Below, in pieces: positions 1 to 12,265 of a stretch of 64,000 bases of DNA; position 1 is the stretch's first letter; each line of letters opens with the position of its first letter. The stretch is from Eledone cirrhosa (lineage: Eukaryota), in contig OZ024743.1 in the NCBI GenBank assembly GCA_964016885.1, forward strand, positions 265,670,001 to 265,734,000. The letters run 5' to 3'. The notes below the pieces were generated by a model, which was not told the DNA's origin, made no database searches, and saw only the letters and a program-made list of their open reading frames with translations. The translations under genes were made by a program, and so were the position numbers.

Positions 1-290
1 CTTACGTTCTGTTTACATTTTCTGCGTGCAAAAATAAAAAAAATGATTTCCCTTTGTTCTGTTTACATTCAGCGTAGCGTCTTACGTTCTGTTTACATTT
101 TCTGCGTGCAAAAATTAAAAAAAATGATTTCCCTTTGTTCTGTTTACATTCAGCGTAGCGTCTTACGTTCTGTTTACATTTTCTGCGTGCAAAAATTAAA
201 AAAATGATTTCCCTTTGTTCTGTTTACATTCAGCGTAGCGTCTTACGATCTGTTTACATTATCTGCGTGCAAAAATTTAAAAAATTACGC
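1..290. repeat. ~80-bp tandem repeat (~3.5 copies)
   Basis: CTTACG(T/A)TCTGTTTACATT recurs at 1, 81, 162 and 242. Confidence 0.9.
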
Positions 291-571
291 AGTCAAAAAT
301 TAAAAAAATTACGCTGGCTTTCTCAGCGTTTAAAATGACATTAACACAATACACGAACAGTTGTCGAGCCAGCAAAATTTTGACCTGCAAAATTCATCAG
401 TTCGAACACTAAGCTTCCGTTTTGCTTCATTTCCATTTAAAAGCCTTTTAAAACAATATTTTTACTTGAAAACAAGTCTATTTAAAGACTACGTAAAACA
501 AGCAAATATTTCGTAAAAAAAAGCAAAAATTATATAAGTTTATTTAAAATATATGTATCTGTAAATTTCGT

Positions 572-740
572 TAGGCGTGCAGACAGACAGTCGTGCAGAC
601 AGACAGTCGTGCAGAGAGGTGATATACGCGTGCAGACAGATAGTCGTGCAGAGAGGTGATATAGGCGTGCAGACAGACAGTCATGCAGAGAGGTGATATA
701 GGCGTGCAGACAGACAGTCATGCAGGGAGGTGATATAGGC
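572..740. repeat. ~38-bp minisatellite
   Basis: TAGGCGTGCAGACAGACAGTC(G/A)TGCAGAGAGGTGATA repeated about 4 times. Confidence 0.85.
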
Positions 741-1432
741 GATTATTTGCCTTTTATGGAATGAGCAGACGATTAGCGAATGTGCAGACGATTAAGTAAA
801 TCTTTAGTAGAGTGAATTGGAATCTCCAGTTTGTTTAATAGCTTCATTTGCACTGTACTGCCTTTGTATGCTACAACGCTTTAAAAGTTCGGCGAGTTCA
901 TTACTTCGTAAGTTATTGATATTTATTTTTTTATTACGACGGTTAGCAAACTTTCCCTATTAAACGTTTAAATTAATTTTACGGTCTTATAAGGCTGAAT
1001 TTACTTTAATTCGGGTTATCGTTATGTTTTCTTAACTTCATAAGGCATATTGTTGGTTGAGGGAATATTAATCAAAAACACCACATGCAAGTCTGCACAG
1101 TAGACACTACAGTTTTTAAGCCAAAAAAGAAACTTAACATTGTAACTTTAATACAGCTACTGAGCGACCCCGAGCAACGCCGGGCTTTACTGCTAGTACA
1201 GGTATAAACCAACAGGCTTAATCCTTTGCCAGATTATTCAAACAAGTTTACACATATGCATAGAAACATTTTACTTATCATACTCACACAGGGTAATTCC
1301 ACACATGGGCATACGCGTAAACACATTTACTCAGACATTCATACATTGAGATATGTGCTCGCTATGTAGTTCTTGACTTCGCTTAAGTTATCAATATCAA
1401 GGCCAGTCTGCATCAACACTTTCAGCGTTTGC

Positions 1433-1457
1433 ACAGACAGACACACACACACATACA

Positions 1458-1517
<60 letters not shown>

Positions 1518-1521
1518 TACT

Positions 1522-1570
<49 letters not shown>

Positions 1571-1593
1571 ATATCTATCTATCTATCTCTTTC

Positions 1594-1670
<77 letters not shown>
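1433..1670. repeat. Compound (CA)n-(TATC)n-(TA)n microsatellite
   Basis: Direct reading. Confidence 0.95.
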
Positions 1671-1686
<16 letters not shown>

Positions 1687-2165
1687 GTGTGTGTACATCC
1701 AAGTATGTGCGTGTATGCATGTTTGTGTAGGTTGGTTTAGTTGTGTACATGAAGTTTATACGGCATTATAGAATATAGCACATCAAGCACTCGATTTTTA
1801 AAGGCTGCTGTTCATCGGTCTAAAACCACTTCATCTTAAACCTTTAAAACCTAGCTAATTGTGTTATGTTTCATGTCGACGCACATATTATTACATAAAT
1901 ATAATGAATTTATTTCGTTCGATAATCCAATCGATCGATTGTTAAAGGGGAAACAGAAATACCACGCTTCTGATGTCTTATTGAAACGAGGCTAAAAGAC
2001 AGCGGTTGTAAATCGATAAGATTTCCTCTACTTTTCATAAGTAGCCATGCTCTGAAATCTTAATTCCTTGTTATAGAACATATATCACTGACTATTGCAA
2101 TTGTCATATTATTGATAAATAAATACACACACACACTCACATACATATGTATGTATATATGTATG

Positions 2166-2305
<140 letters not shown>

Positions 2306-2581
2306 TACTACTACAATTATTTCCAACGTTTACTTAATGTTAATGTACTCATTTTCCTGTATCTTTTCAAGTGAAAAGTGAGAGTGCGAGGCAGCGAGAC
2401 CTATATATATATTCCCCCATATCACAGACACATATGTACACACACGCAGACACTTATGCACACACCTGGCCACAGGCAATATATATATATACATACATAC
2501 ATATATATATATTTGTCTGTGTATATATGTATGTGTGTGTATAAATATATATATATATATACATATGTATATATATGTATG

Positions 2582-2615
<34 letters not shown>

Positions 2616-3043
2616 ATATTCATACATTTCTGATTGTACTGCTAAATGTCTCAGGCACAGAAGCAATCCTTAGTCTGGAATAGTTAGTGGACTGTATACA
2701 TTACAATTGAGAGTTAAGCCAGGAGACTTACTGGTGGATTGCATTTGCGTTCATCCAGTTTTTAAGATATGTACGTTCCGTTGAGGTGGCGACCTCTATC
2801 TGGCAGATTAATCGTGTTCATTTTTTTTCGTTATCCTTAAAACTAAATATTCACTCTCAGGACGAAATTAAGACATTCGTTTGGATTTTCGGTATGTTGG
2901 TATTCGCAACTTTTCCTCATCAAAACATAGTCTTAGATAGTATACAATAAATTCACTTTACTCCAGGTAATACATTATTGTTTAGTGAACGTAATCATAA
3001 TTTTAAAACTAAAACTAAATAAAAAAAAACATCACCCCATATT

Positions 3044-3518
<475 letters not shown>

Positions 3519-3642
3519 TGAATATAAAATAGAGATAAACACAGACATATACATATATGTGTTCAAATAGTAAGGGACCAGATTAAATTTAAGAATAAAT
3601 CAAGAAAATAAATACAAACCGGAATTGTGGTAACTACCAAAT

Positions 3643-3685
3643 CACCCAGACAGCGTTTGCAAATGCTGTTTCGCAATTCAATTGT
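3643..3685 (-). ncRNA. 3' half of a hammerhead ribozyme (CUGANGA half lost)
   Basis: Minus strand reads CAATT-G-AATTG-C GAAA CAGC ATTTGCAAAC GCTG TC TGGGTG: GAAA, 4-bp stem III, palindromic loop (TTTGCAAA) and GUC cleavage triplet. Truncated by the repeat that starts at ~3690. Confidence 0.55.
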
Positions 3686-3689
3686 GAAG

Positions 3690-4728
3690 TAAATCCATAC
3701 GTACACATATATATATGTGTGCATGTATGTGTAAATATACATACTACTGTACGTCTGTATCCATATATGTATGTACGTATACATATTTATATTTAAGTAA
3801 CAGCCGTACTAAGGGTGAGAAATGAAATGTTGTTTCTATTTTCCATTTATCATTTTCGGTGCGCCCGGCCGATTAACTCACTCGATATGCAAATTAGGCT
3901 GCTCAGCCGTTAATTTGCATGAGGAAAGTATATACTTTCAGACGTTCAATCATCTGGCAGGAAGGTAAACGGTGCTGACGATAGCTAATAAGCTTGGAAC
4001 TATTACATGGTTCCTTTGTCAGTGTTGAACAAAAGGGCAACGATGGTTGCTAAACACTGTACGCCTAATCAGGGATTATTTTTTACAAACAAACCGACCA
4101 ATATAATAAATGTTCGGTAAATCCATACGTATATATATATATGTGTGTGTGCATGTATGTATATATATATATATATATATATACATACTACTGTACGTCT
4201 GTATACATATATGTATGTACGTATACATACTTATATTTAAGTAACAGCCGTACTAAGAGTGAGAAATGAAATTTCGTTTCATTTTTTCCATTTATCGTTT
4301 TCGGTGTGCCCGGCCGATTAACTCACTCGATATGCAAATTAGGCTGCTCAGCCGTTAATATGCATAAGGAAAGTATATACTTTCAGACGTTCAATCATCT
4401 GGCAGGAAGGTATACAGTGCTGACGATAGCTAATAAGCTTGAAACTAGTACATCGTTCCTTTGTCAGTGTTGAACAAAAGGGCAACGATGGTTGCTAAAA
4501 ACACTGTACAGCTCAATTCGGGATGTTTGTTTACAAACGAACCCATCATTATAATAAATGTTCGGTAAATCCATACGTACATATATATATATATTTGTGT
4601 GCATGTATGTATATATATACATACTACTGTACGTCTGTATACATATATGTATGTACGTATACATACTTATATTTAAGTAACAGCCGTACTAAGAGTGAGG
4701 AATGAAATTTCGTTTCATTTCTTTCCAT
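3690..4728 (+). mobile_element. Retrozyme-like ~445-bp tandem repeat (~2.3 units) with a hammerhead motif
   Basis: Units start at ~3690, ~4117 and ~4565 (GTAAATCCATACGTA). CTGACGA cores at 3975 and 4420 are 445 bp apart. No ORF. Further copies at 9070-9778 and 45115-45353. Confidence 0.75.
4414..4456 (+). ncRNA. Minimal type I hammerhead ribozyme
   Basis: ACAGTG CTGACGA T-AGCT-AATA-AGCT-T GAAA CTAG TA CATCGT. Core intact, stem II AGCT/AGCT, palindromic CTAG in place of stem III. Stem I is perfect (ACGATG/CATCGT) in the 9482-9524 paralogue. Confidence 0.75.
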
Positions 4729-4774
4729 ATATATATGTACTGCCTCTCTGTTTTGTCCCTGTTCAAATTTTTCC

Positions 4775-4844
<70 letters not shown>

Positions 4845-5196
4845 TAAAAGGAAAATGAAATGCTGACAAATTGTTCCCAGTGAAAAATAGTTTAATTAGG
4901 AATAATTAAAAATTTGTAATAAGTATTGGTTAGTATTCAGTTTTGGTTTTAAATTTTTACCGGTTGAGCATTTCTAATGCTTTTTGAAAATAATTTTGAG
5001 ATAGAGCGCCCGTGATGTTTGCTCTAATCTGATTAGTTTTGGAAATTCTACCTGTTTTATTTGAAAAAAAGTGGCTCCAGATGTATTAAACTAAGTTTCG
5101 CGCCAATTCGTGTTGCAACATTTCTAGTGGTCAAAACAATTTTGAGTGGTGGGTAGAGGTCATGTGAATGTTAAAAATTGATTTTGCGCCAAATGT

Positions 5197-6665
5197 CAAC
5201 CTATACTCCAATATCCCCCACAACCTAGGCTGGATAATTACCCCAATGAACTCCCACAACTTCCCTAATATGCCCATTTCTGAACAAACCCTACTAGTGA
5301 CGTTCGATGTAGTCAACCGATGCTCCAACATCCCCCACAACCTAGGAATAGAAGCTATCGAATTCTGACTGGATAATTACCACAATGAACTCCAACAACG
5401 CATCAAAAAAGAATTCGTGATAGAGAGACTCAAATTTATCTTGGAGAACAATTACTTCGTTTTCAATAACAAATCCTACAAACAGAAATCTGGGACCTCT
5501 ATGGGAACGAAAACAGCCCCCACTTATGCCAACCTAGTCATGGGATACCTGGAAATCACCATCTACACTAAAGTACTAAACAAATTTGGAAACACTCTCC
5601 ACTTACACATAGAAAGGAACTGGAAGCGATATCTAGATGACTGCTTCATCCTTTGGCACGAAAACATCTAGACACGTAAAGAATTTCACACCCTTATAAA
5701 TGGGCTCAACACGAATATTAACTTTACGATGGAATACAGCCATCAACAACTCCCCTTCCTCGACATCCTCATTAAGATTCATACCAAAAAAAATAGAAAG
5801 AGACATATACTACAAGCCCACAGACTCCAAGCAATATCTTCCTTTCAACTCTTGCCACCCTAGACACGTTAAAATTAATATTCCCTACAGCTTAGCCAAG
5901 AGAATCTGTACTATAGTCTCCAATAAAAAGACCTGTTACTTACGGCTACAAGAATTAAAGGACACACACATAGTCACTAATTGACAATGGAATCTAACGT
6001 GCCCTAAAATTCAGTACCCAGGACCTTAGACACCCTAAAGTAAATCAACCGAATCTGAAAGCTCTTCCATACATCTCCAAACACAACCCACTCAACAATG
6101 AAGCCTTTGACACCATCCTCCAGAACATCCCTGTGTTAAAAAAGGACCATAGAATGAACCAAATCCTACGAACACACTATATCATAAAGAGCAAAAGACA
6201 ATCTAAGTCAATGAAAAACAACCTAACACATGCCAAAGTACTGCCAACCACAACAACGAAACCCACAGTAAAAGAATGCGATAGACCCAACTGTGGCATA
6301 TGCATCAACCTAATAGAGGGTTCGGAATTCTATTTCAAAGAAGGACAACGTTTTATAGTAAAACACAATTTCACATGCGCATCAGAAAATCTAATATATG
6401 TATTAACTTGCTCAGGTTCTCGAGAACAATACATAGGCCAGACCAAAAACAGCCTCCGCCAACGCGTAGATCCAAAATTAAAATACGGGAATTCAGGAAA
6501 ATACCACTGAGTGAACACATTGATAACTGTGCCGCCCAAAATCCTCCCAACTTCAGAATCTTTCCCCTCTACAAATTTAAAGATAATGCCACCCACACCC
6601 AGTGTATCAGCAAGTAATCTCACTTTATTAACAAATACGGACCCCGTCTAAACACTTCTCCTTAA
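5197..6665 (+). pseudogene. PLE reverse transcriptase plus GIY-YIG endonuclease, disrupted
   Basis: ORF pieces: LVTFDV..(L)YSNIP; QKSGTSMGTKTAPTYANL..WKRYLDDCF; YYKPTDSKQYL..SCHP; CDRPNCGIC..FTCASENLIYVLTC..QYIGQTKNSLRQR. Several stops and frameshifts. Confidence 0.88.
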
Positions 6666-7217
6666 GACGAACCCACAACATGCACACGTCAACATACATA
6701 CCTACATCAGCATACATCCTACATACATCTCTATCCACATATAAACACAAAGACATACGTAAACTCACATGTTCTATGGTGCAACACAAATATACACAAA
6801 TTTGCATACCTTTTGATGTCTATAGATATAAACGTGCCGACACACACACATACATATACGCACACATGCATTGCACACTGATGGGCACATACATATTTGT
6901 ACACAAGTATTCCAATACGGCAGGGCCTAATGGATTCCCCTTGCAGTACGTACAATCTGGACACTCACACACACCTTGGTATTATGCCAATACTATATAT
7001 CATTTCACACCTTTTATTATTAAGGTTTTTGATGTTCTATTGAGTGAATCGTTTTTACTGAAAATATCGAATAATGTACACCATTTTTACAAGTATCACA
7101 CAAATACTGGTCCACCCACACACACATACACATATATACACACACACACATACACACATATATACACACACACATATACACGCCTACACTAAGATACAAA
7201 GAGACATATACACACAG

Positions 7218-7287
<70 letters not shown>

Positions 7288-7395
7288 CTCCGTATAAGAC
7301 AAGAGCTGAAAAATATCTTTTAACATGTTAAAATATCCGCCACACACGTACAGACACATTCCGACTGACCGATCCCTCTACCACGAATTACTCTG

Positions 7396-7444
<49 letters not shown>

Positions 7445-7693
7445 CATATTTGTCTCAAAAGAGTTATTTTTCTCAGTGGGACAAACCTACATTTGGCGCA
7501 AAATCAATTTTTAACATTCACATGACCTCTACCGACCAATCAAAATTGTTTTGACCACAAGAATTTTTGCAACACGAATTGGCGCAAAACTTATTTTAAT
7601 ACATCTGGAGCCACTTTTTTCACATAAAACAGGTAGAATTTCCAAAACTAAACAGATCTGAGCAAACATCACGGGCGCTCTATCTCAAAATTA

Positions 7694-7730
7694 TTTTTGA
7701 AAAGCATTAGAAATGCGCAACCGGTAAAAA
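7694..7730 (+). ncRNA. Decayed minimal hammerhead in the PLE pLTR (inverted copy at 4954-4990)
   Basis: TTT-TTGAAAA GCATT-AGA-AATGC GCAA CCGG TA AAAA. Stem II, palindromic CCGG, UA and stem I (T/A tracts) are in place; the CUGANGA and GAAA boxes are mutated. Confidence 0.45.
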
Positions 7731-7989
7731 CTTAAAACCAAAAGTGAATACTAACCAATACTTATTGCAAATTTTTACTTATTCCTAATTAAACTATTTT
7801 TCACTGGGAACAATTTGTCAGCATTTTCTTTTCCTTTTACCAATATATCATAATCCATTTGTGTCATTATTTACAATTTTTTCCCATTTGGTTCTGGCAC
7901 CTCTATACACTCTGATTTTATCTCTCTGATTGTAACCAGAGAACTGCATACGGTGGATGAAGTGTTGTAGGTGTCTCTCTAGTTCTTCG

Positions 7990-8583
7990 GCTGTTTCGGA
8001 CCATACCAAAATCAACATACTGATTGCGGGTTTGGTACGGGTGATGAGAAATGTGTATTGCATGTGCAACCCCGAAGAACTAGAGAGACACACACAACAC
8101 TTCATCCACCGTATGCAGTTCTCTGGTTACAATCAGAGAGATAAAATCAGAGTGTATAGAGGAGCCAGAACCAAATGGGAAAAAATGGTAAATAATGACA
8201 CAAATGGGACCAAATGTATAATCTGTAAATTAAAACCCCATATTAACTGTAAAACTAGAAATGTAGTATATACCATAAGATGTAGTGAAGGACAATGTAG
8301 AGATAAAAATATAGTGTACATAGCTGAGACAGCTCGTAGTATAGGGGAACGGATAAATGAACACTGGCGAGACCTTCAAGATAGTAAAGAATCATCTGTA
8401 CTCTACCAACATGCTAAAATAGAACATAAGGGTAAATTAGAGAACATAGAAATAAAAATAGAATCTGCACACAGAAAAGACACAATGTTTAGACAAATCA
8501 CAGAGGCAATAACCATAAATGAATTACAACCAAAATTAAATAGAAAACATGAGTGGAACAGCAACATCACAACTTACAATTAA
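7990..8583 (+). pseudogene. PLE RT thumb and GIY-YIG endonuclease fragment
   Basis: SAVSDHTKINIL..RMQFSGY; CIICKL..NCKTRNVVYTIRC..YIAETARSIGERINEH..RQITEAITINELQPKLNRKHEW. Confidence 0.85.
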
Positions 8584-8791
8584 GGACAAAATGAAAACAC
8601 ACACGCACATAGAACAAACAACCAACCAGTAACATGTAAATAAGCAAATAAATAAACGAATATAAACACACACAGACACCCGGATGTAACACATGCACAA
8701 ACTAAGCACACAACAGACACACACAAACAAGATGGCGTAGGACAGAACAAAGGAGTGGCACAAAAAAGAAAAAATAAGAAAAGAATCCCCA

Positions 8792-8834
8792 GTCACTGAA
8801 GAGGTCACGGAATGTGTGACGAAAGAACTTTGAC
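8792..8834 (+). ncRNA. Minimal type I hammerhead ribozyme in the PLE 3' UTR
   Basis: GTCA CTGAAGA G GTCAC-GGAATGT-GTGAC GAAA GAAC TT TGAC. Stem I GTCA/TGAC, stem II GTCAC/GTGAC, one extra nucleotide after A9. Confidence 0.7.
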
Positions 8835-9044
8835 AATATATAAACAACCATCTAGTTGTGGAACCAACCAACCAACCGGAAATTTATAAATTCCTAAATT
8901 TATAAATTTATTGTAATAAATTGAAGTGAAAGCAACTGGTGCGTGTGTTTCTTATTGGCAACATGACCCTCCGAAAGTATGACAATATTGGTTTCAACAC
9001 ACGTTTTCAGATAAAGAATCTTGCTAAACAAATTCAGAAACGAA

Positions 9045-9069
<25 letters not shown>

Positions 9070-9079
<10 letters not shown>

Positions 9080-9641
9080 TAAGTATTTACGTACATACAT
9101 ATGTGTTTACAGACGTACAGTAGTATGTATATCTATACATACATGCACACACATATATATATATATATATATGTATGTATATATATACATCCTACTGTAC
9201 GTCTGTATACATATATGTATGTACGTATACATACTTATAAAACGATAAATGGAAAAGAATGAAATGAAATTTCATTTCTCATTCTTAGTACGGCTGATAC
9301 TTAAATAAGTATCAGCCGCACTAATAATGAGAAATTAAATTTCATTTCATTCTTTTCCATTTATCGTTTTCGCTACGCCCGGCCGGCTAACTCACTCGAT
9401 ATGCAAATGAGGGTGCTCAGCCGTTAATATGCATAAGGCAATATATACTTTCAAACGTTCAATCATCTGACAGGAAGGTATACGATGTTGTCGATAGCTA
9501 ATAAGTTTGAAACTAGTTCATCGTTTCTTTGTTAGTGTTGAAAAAAAGGGCGACGCTGGTTGCCGAACACTGAACGGCTTAATCGGGCTGTTCGTTTACA
9601 AACAAACCAAACATTATAATAAATGTTTGGTAAACCCATAC

Positions 9642-9672
<31 letters not shown>

Positions 9673-9775
9673 CTACTGTACGTCTTTATACATATATATA
9701 TGTACGTATACATACTTATATTTAAGTAACAGCCGTACTAAGAGTGAGAAATGGAATTTCATTTGATTATTTTAC

Positions 9776-9778
<3 letters not shown>
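9070..9778 (+). mobile_element. Second locus of the ~445-bp HHR repeat, with 5' inversions
   Basis: Homologous to 3690-4728. Inverted segment at ~9070-9150 and a ~65-bp-arm palindrome at 9239-9370. The HHR at 9482-9524 has a mutated core (TTGTCGA). Confidence 0.8.
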
Positions 9779-9819
<41 letters not shown>

Positions 9820-10350
9820 TCTATATGATACATTTTATGCGTAATTAAATGTATGTCTACTAGTGCGTTTGTTTAATCAAATATATTCTGGTATGATTAA
9901 TAATAACAAAAAGAGGGAGAAAAAGAGGAGAAATTTCATCATAATAATTGTACTAATCGCACTTTATGTATGTATATATGTATTTGTGTGTGTGTGTATA
10001 TATATGTGTGTGCGTGCGTGTGTGTGCGCACTGTTAGACTTCGCCAGACTTCTGCCAGTTTATTTCAAGGAATGCTACGCTAAAGGCTATTTCTGTTCTC
10101 AATAATAAAACCACTGATTAATGACGCAAGTTATCTGAAATATGAGGTGATTTCATATTTAGTATATTAACACAATTAATTCTACTTAGCCCCGCAGTCA
10201 TACATCATTCTCTGGTATTTCATTGTAAAACCATACACAAGTCTAATATAATATTCAGGACAGATCGTAAACAAATTTTCACCATACGTATTATGGTTAC
10301 AAGATATAGTTCATTTTCAACTAGGTAGTTTGTTGAACATGTTTATGCGA

Positions 10351-10507
<157 letters not shown>

Positions 10508-10809
10508 ATATATATATGTATGTGTGTGCGGATTACGTATGAATATTGGTGTGAAAATTGAAACTAATGTGAAAACCATTTCTGCTGTTCCCTTCTTACA
10601 CAGAAAATCATAAGATATTGTGTTTACATGTTTCACGGTTTATGCAGGAAGTATAGGGTTTTAATCTTGTTATCGTTGTAGCCTACATCCTTTCCGCTGA
10701 AGCCTAGCAAACACGCTTCTTTCTGAAACATTGTACTATGTCTTCATATACATAGAAAACAGTTACATTTATGACATGATGTTCTTTCAAAATAATTTTT
10801 CGAGCATTA

Positions 10810-10975
10810 GTGGATTGGCAGTATCGGTAGAGGGTCGGACGCCATGCTTTCCAGCTTAGAGTTCAAATCCCGCCGAGGTTAACTTTGCCTATCTTCCTTA
10901 CGGGGTCGATAAAATAAAGTACCAGTGATGCACTAGGGTAATTGCTGGCATTGTGCCTAAAGTAGAAACAATTAT
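10810..10975 (+). mobile_element. tRNA-derived SINE
   Basis: A-box-like TGGCAGTATCGG, B-box GAGTTCAAATCC, conserved central CTTTGCCT..TCCTTACGGGGTCGATAAAATAAAGTACCAGT, tail CCTAAAGTAGAAACAATTATT. Confidence 0.8.
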
Positions 10976-11030
10976 TATATAAACATATTTGATATAGTAT
11001 AGGTAAACATATTGCATTATTTCATAAACA

Positions 11031-11127
11031 GGTGTAAAGGCATTCGATTGGCAAAATCATTAGAGCGTCGAGCAAAATGCTTGGCTCTTTACGTTCTGAA
11101 TTCAAACCCCGTCGATGTCAACTTTGT
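11031..11127 (+). mobile_element. SINE head fragment
   Basis: TTGGCAAAATCATTAGAGCGTCG..GAATTCAAACCCCGTCGATGTCAACTTTG, homologous to the 5' half of the SINE at 10810. Confidence 0.6.
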
Positions 11128-11419
11128 CTGAGCTGTGTTGTGTCATATTGCTGATTATATATTTGCAAAATCTCTATATACAATTATATTGACACCTGTG
11201 CCTTATTTCCGTAGTAAGTAGGTAGGTTGCAGTGCTGATAACCTTGTATGCAGCGTTGACACACGGTTGATTATTCATGGCTTCTCATAATATTGAATAT
11301 ATAATGCTTAATTACTCGCAACAAACTATATCAATGTCTATGATAAATAAAACATGCACTCACATATACACGCTCTCAATCACACATATGTATGTCTGAA
11401 TGCATGTATGTATGTGTAA

Positions 11420-11508
<89 letters not shown>

Positions 11509-11875
11509 CAGTTCAAGAGTAACCAATCTTAAAGAGAGATATGGAGATAGGAGAGGAGATAGGAGAGGAGAGATTTGTGAATTAGTTAGAAGCCAAAGCG
11601 TAAAGGCATGTGTTCAATGTGCAATATGCAGTGGAAGGCAGCTAGATGGCTGGGTTCATGCAGAGGTTAGGTGCACAGAGCTGGAAATATTCATTAGTTA
11701 AGCAAAACAAGACCACACATTTCACAACGAAGACATTATTACAAGATTGTCAACATATTTTAGTTTGATGTAAGGAATGTAGAGAATAATAATAATAATA
11801 TTAATAACAATAATGTCCGTTTTCAATTGTTTCGCTACTCCATATAATATTTCTGGATCAACTGATTATATATAA

Positions 11876-12030
11876 TCATGCTTTCCAGCATAGTTACGTC
11901 ACTTAACATTCTGAGTTCAAATCCCGCTGAGGTTGACTTTGCCTTTCATCCTTACGGGGTCGATAAAATAAAGTACCAGTAATGCACTGCGTATTTGCTG
12001 ACCTTGTGCCAAAAAGTAGAAACAATTATT
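11876..12030 (+). mobile_element. tRNA-derived SINE (5'-truncated)
   Basis: GAGTTCAAATCCCGCTGAGGTTGACTTTGCCTTTCATCCTTACGGGGTCGATAAAATAAAGTACCAGT. Confidence 0.8.
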
Positions 12031-12186
12031 GAACTGGTTCAGTTGAAAATAATTACCATAGGTAAAAATGAGCAGCTCATCGGAACTTTAAAAGGAATAT
12101 AAATTAAAATAAGGAAAGAATGTTATATAAATGTAATGTTCCATATATTGGTATTTCACTGCTCACTGCTTCAAAACAAACATACT

Positions 12187-12265
<79 letters not shown>

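Larger units (their letters stand above)
1..1196 (+). mobile_element. Probable 3' part of a non-autonomous Helitron
   Basis: GC-rich hairpin CCCG-A-GC-AAC-GC-CGGG (1169-1184) followed 8 nt later by CTAG|T (1193-1197), which is the canonical Helitron 3' terminus. Internal minisatellites lie upstream. The 5' end is outside the window. Confidence 0.55.
4841..7843 (+). mobile_element. Penelope-like element (Neptune-like), 5'-truncated, bracketed by inverted pLTR copies
   Basis: Decayed RT and GIY-YIG coding region. 4841-5196 is the reverse complement of 7489-7843 (~355 bp). Confidence 0.85.
7856..9048 (+). mobile_element. Penelope-like element fragment (Naiad-like) with 5' inversion and internal deletion
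   Basis: 7856-7990 is the reverse complement of 8072-8207. Same family as 62868-64000. The 3' UTR carries an HHR motif. Confidence 0.8.

Noticed and set aside
1-290. Regularly spaced GTTCTGTTTACATT motifs as a CRISPR-like array
   Set aside because: The intervening sequences are themselves repeated (80-bp tandem unit), there are no cas genes, and the context is eukaryotic.
10810-10880. A/B-box sequences as tRNA genes
   Set aside because: No cloverleaf; they continue into a shared SINE body found at several loci.
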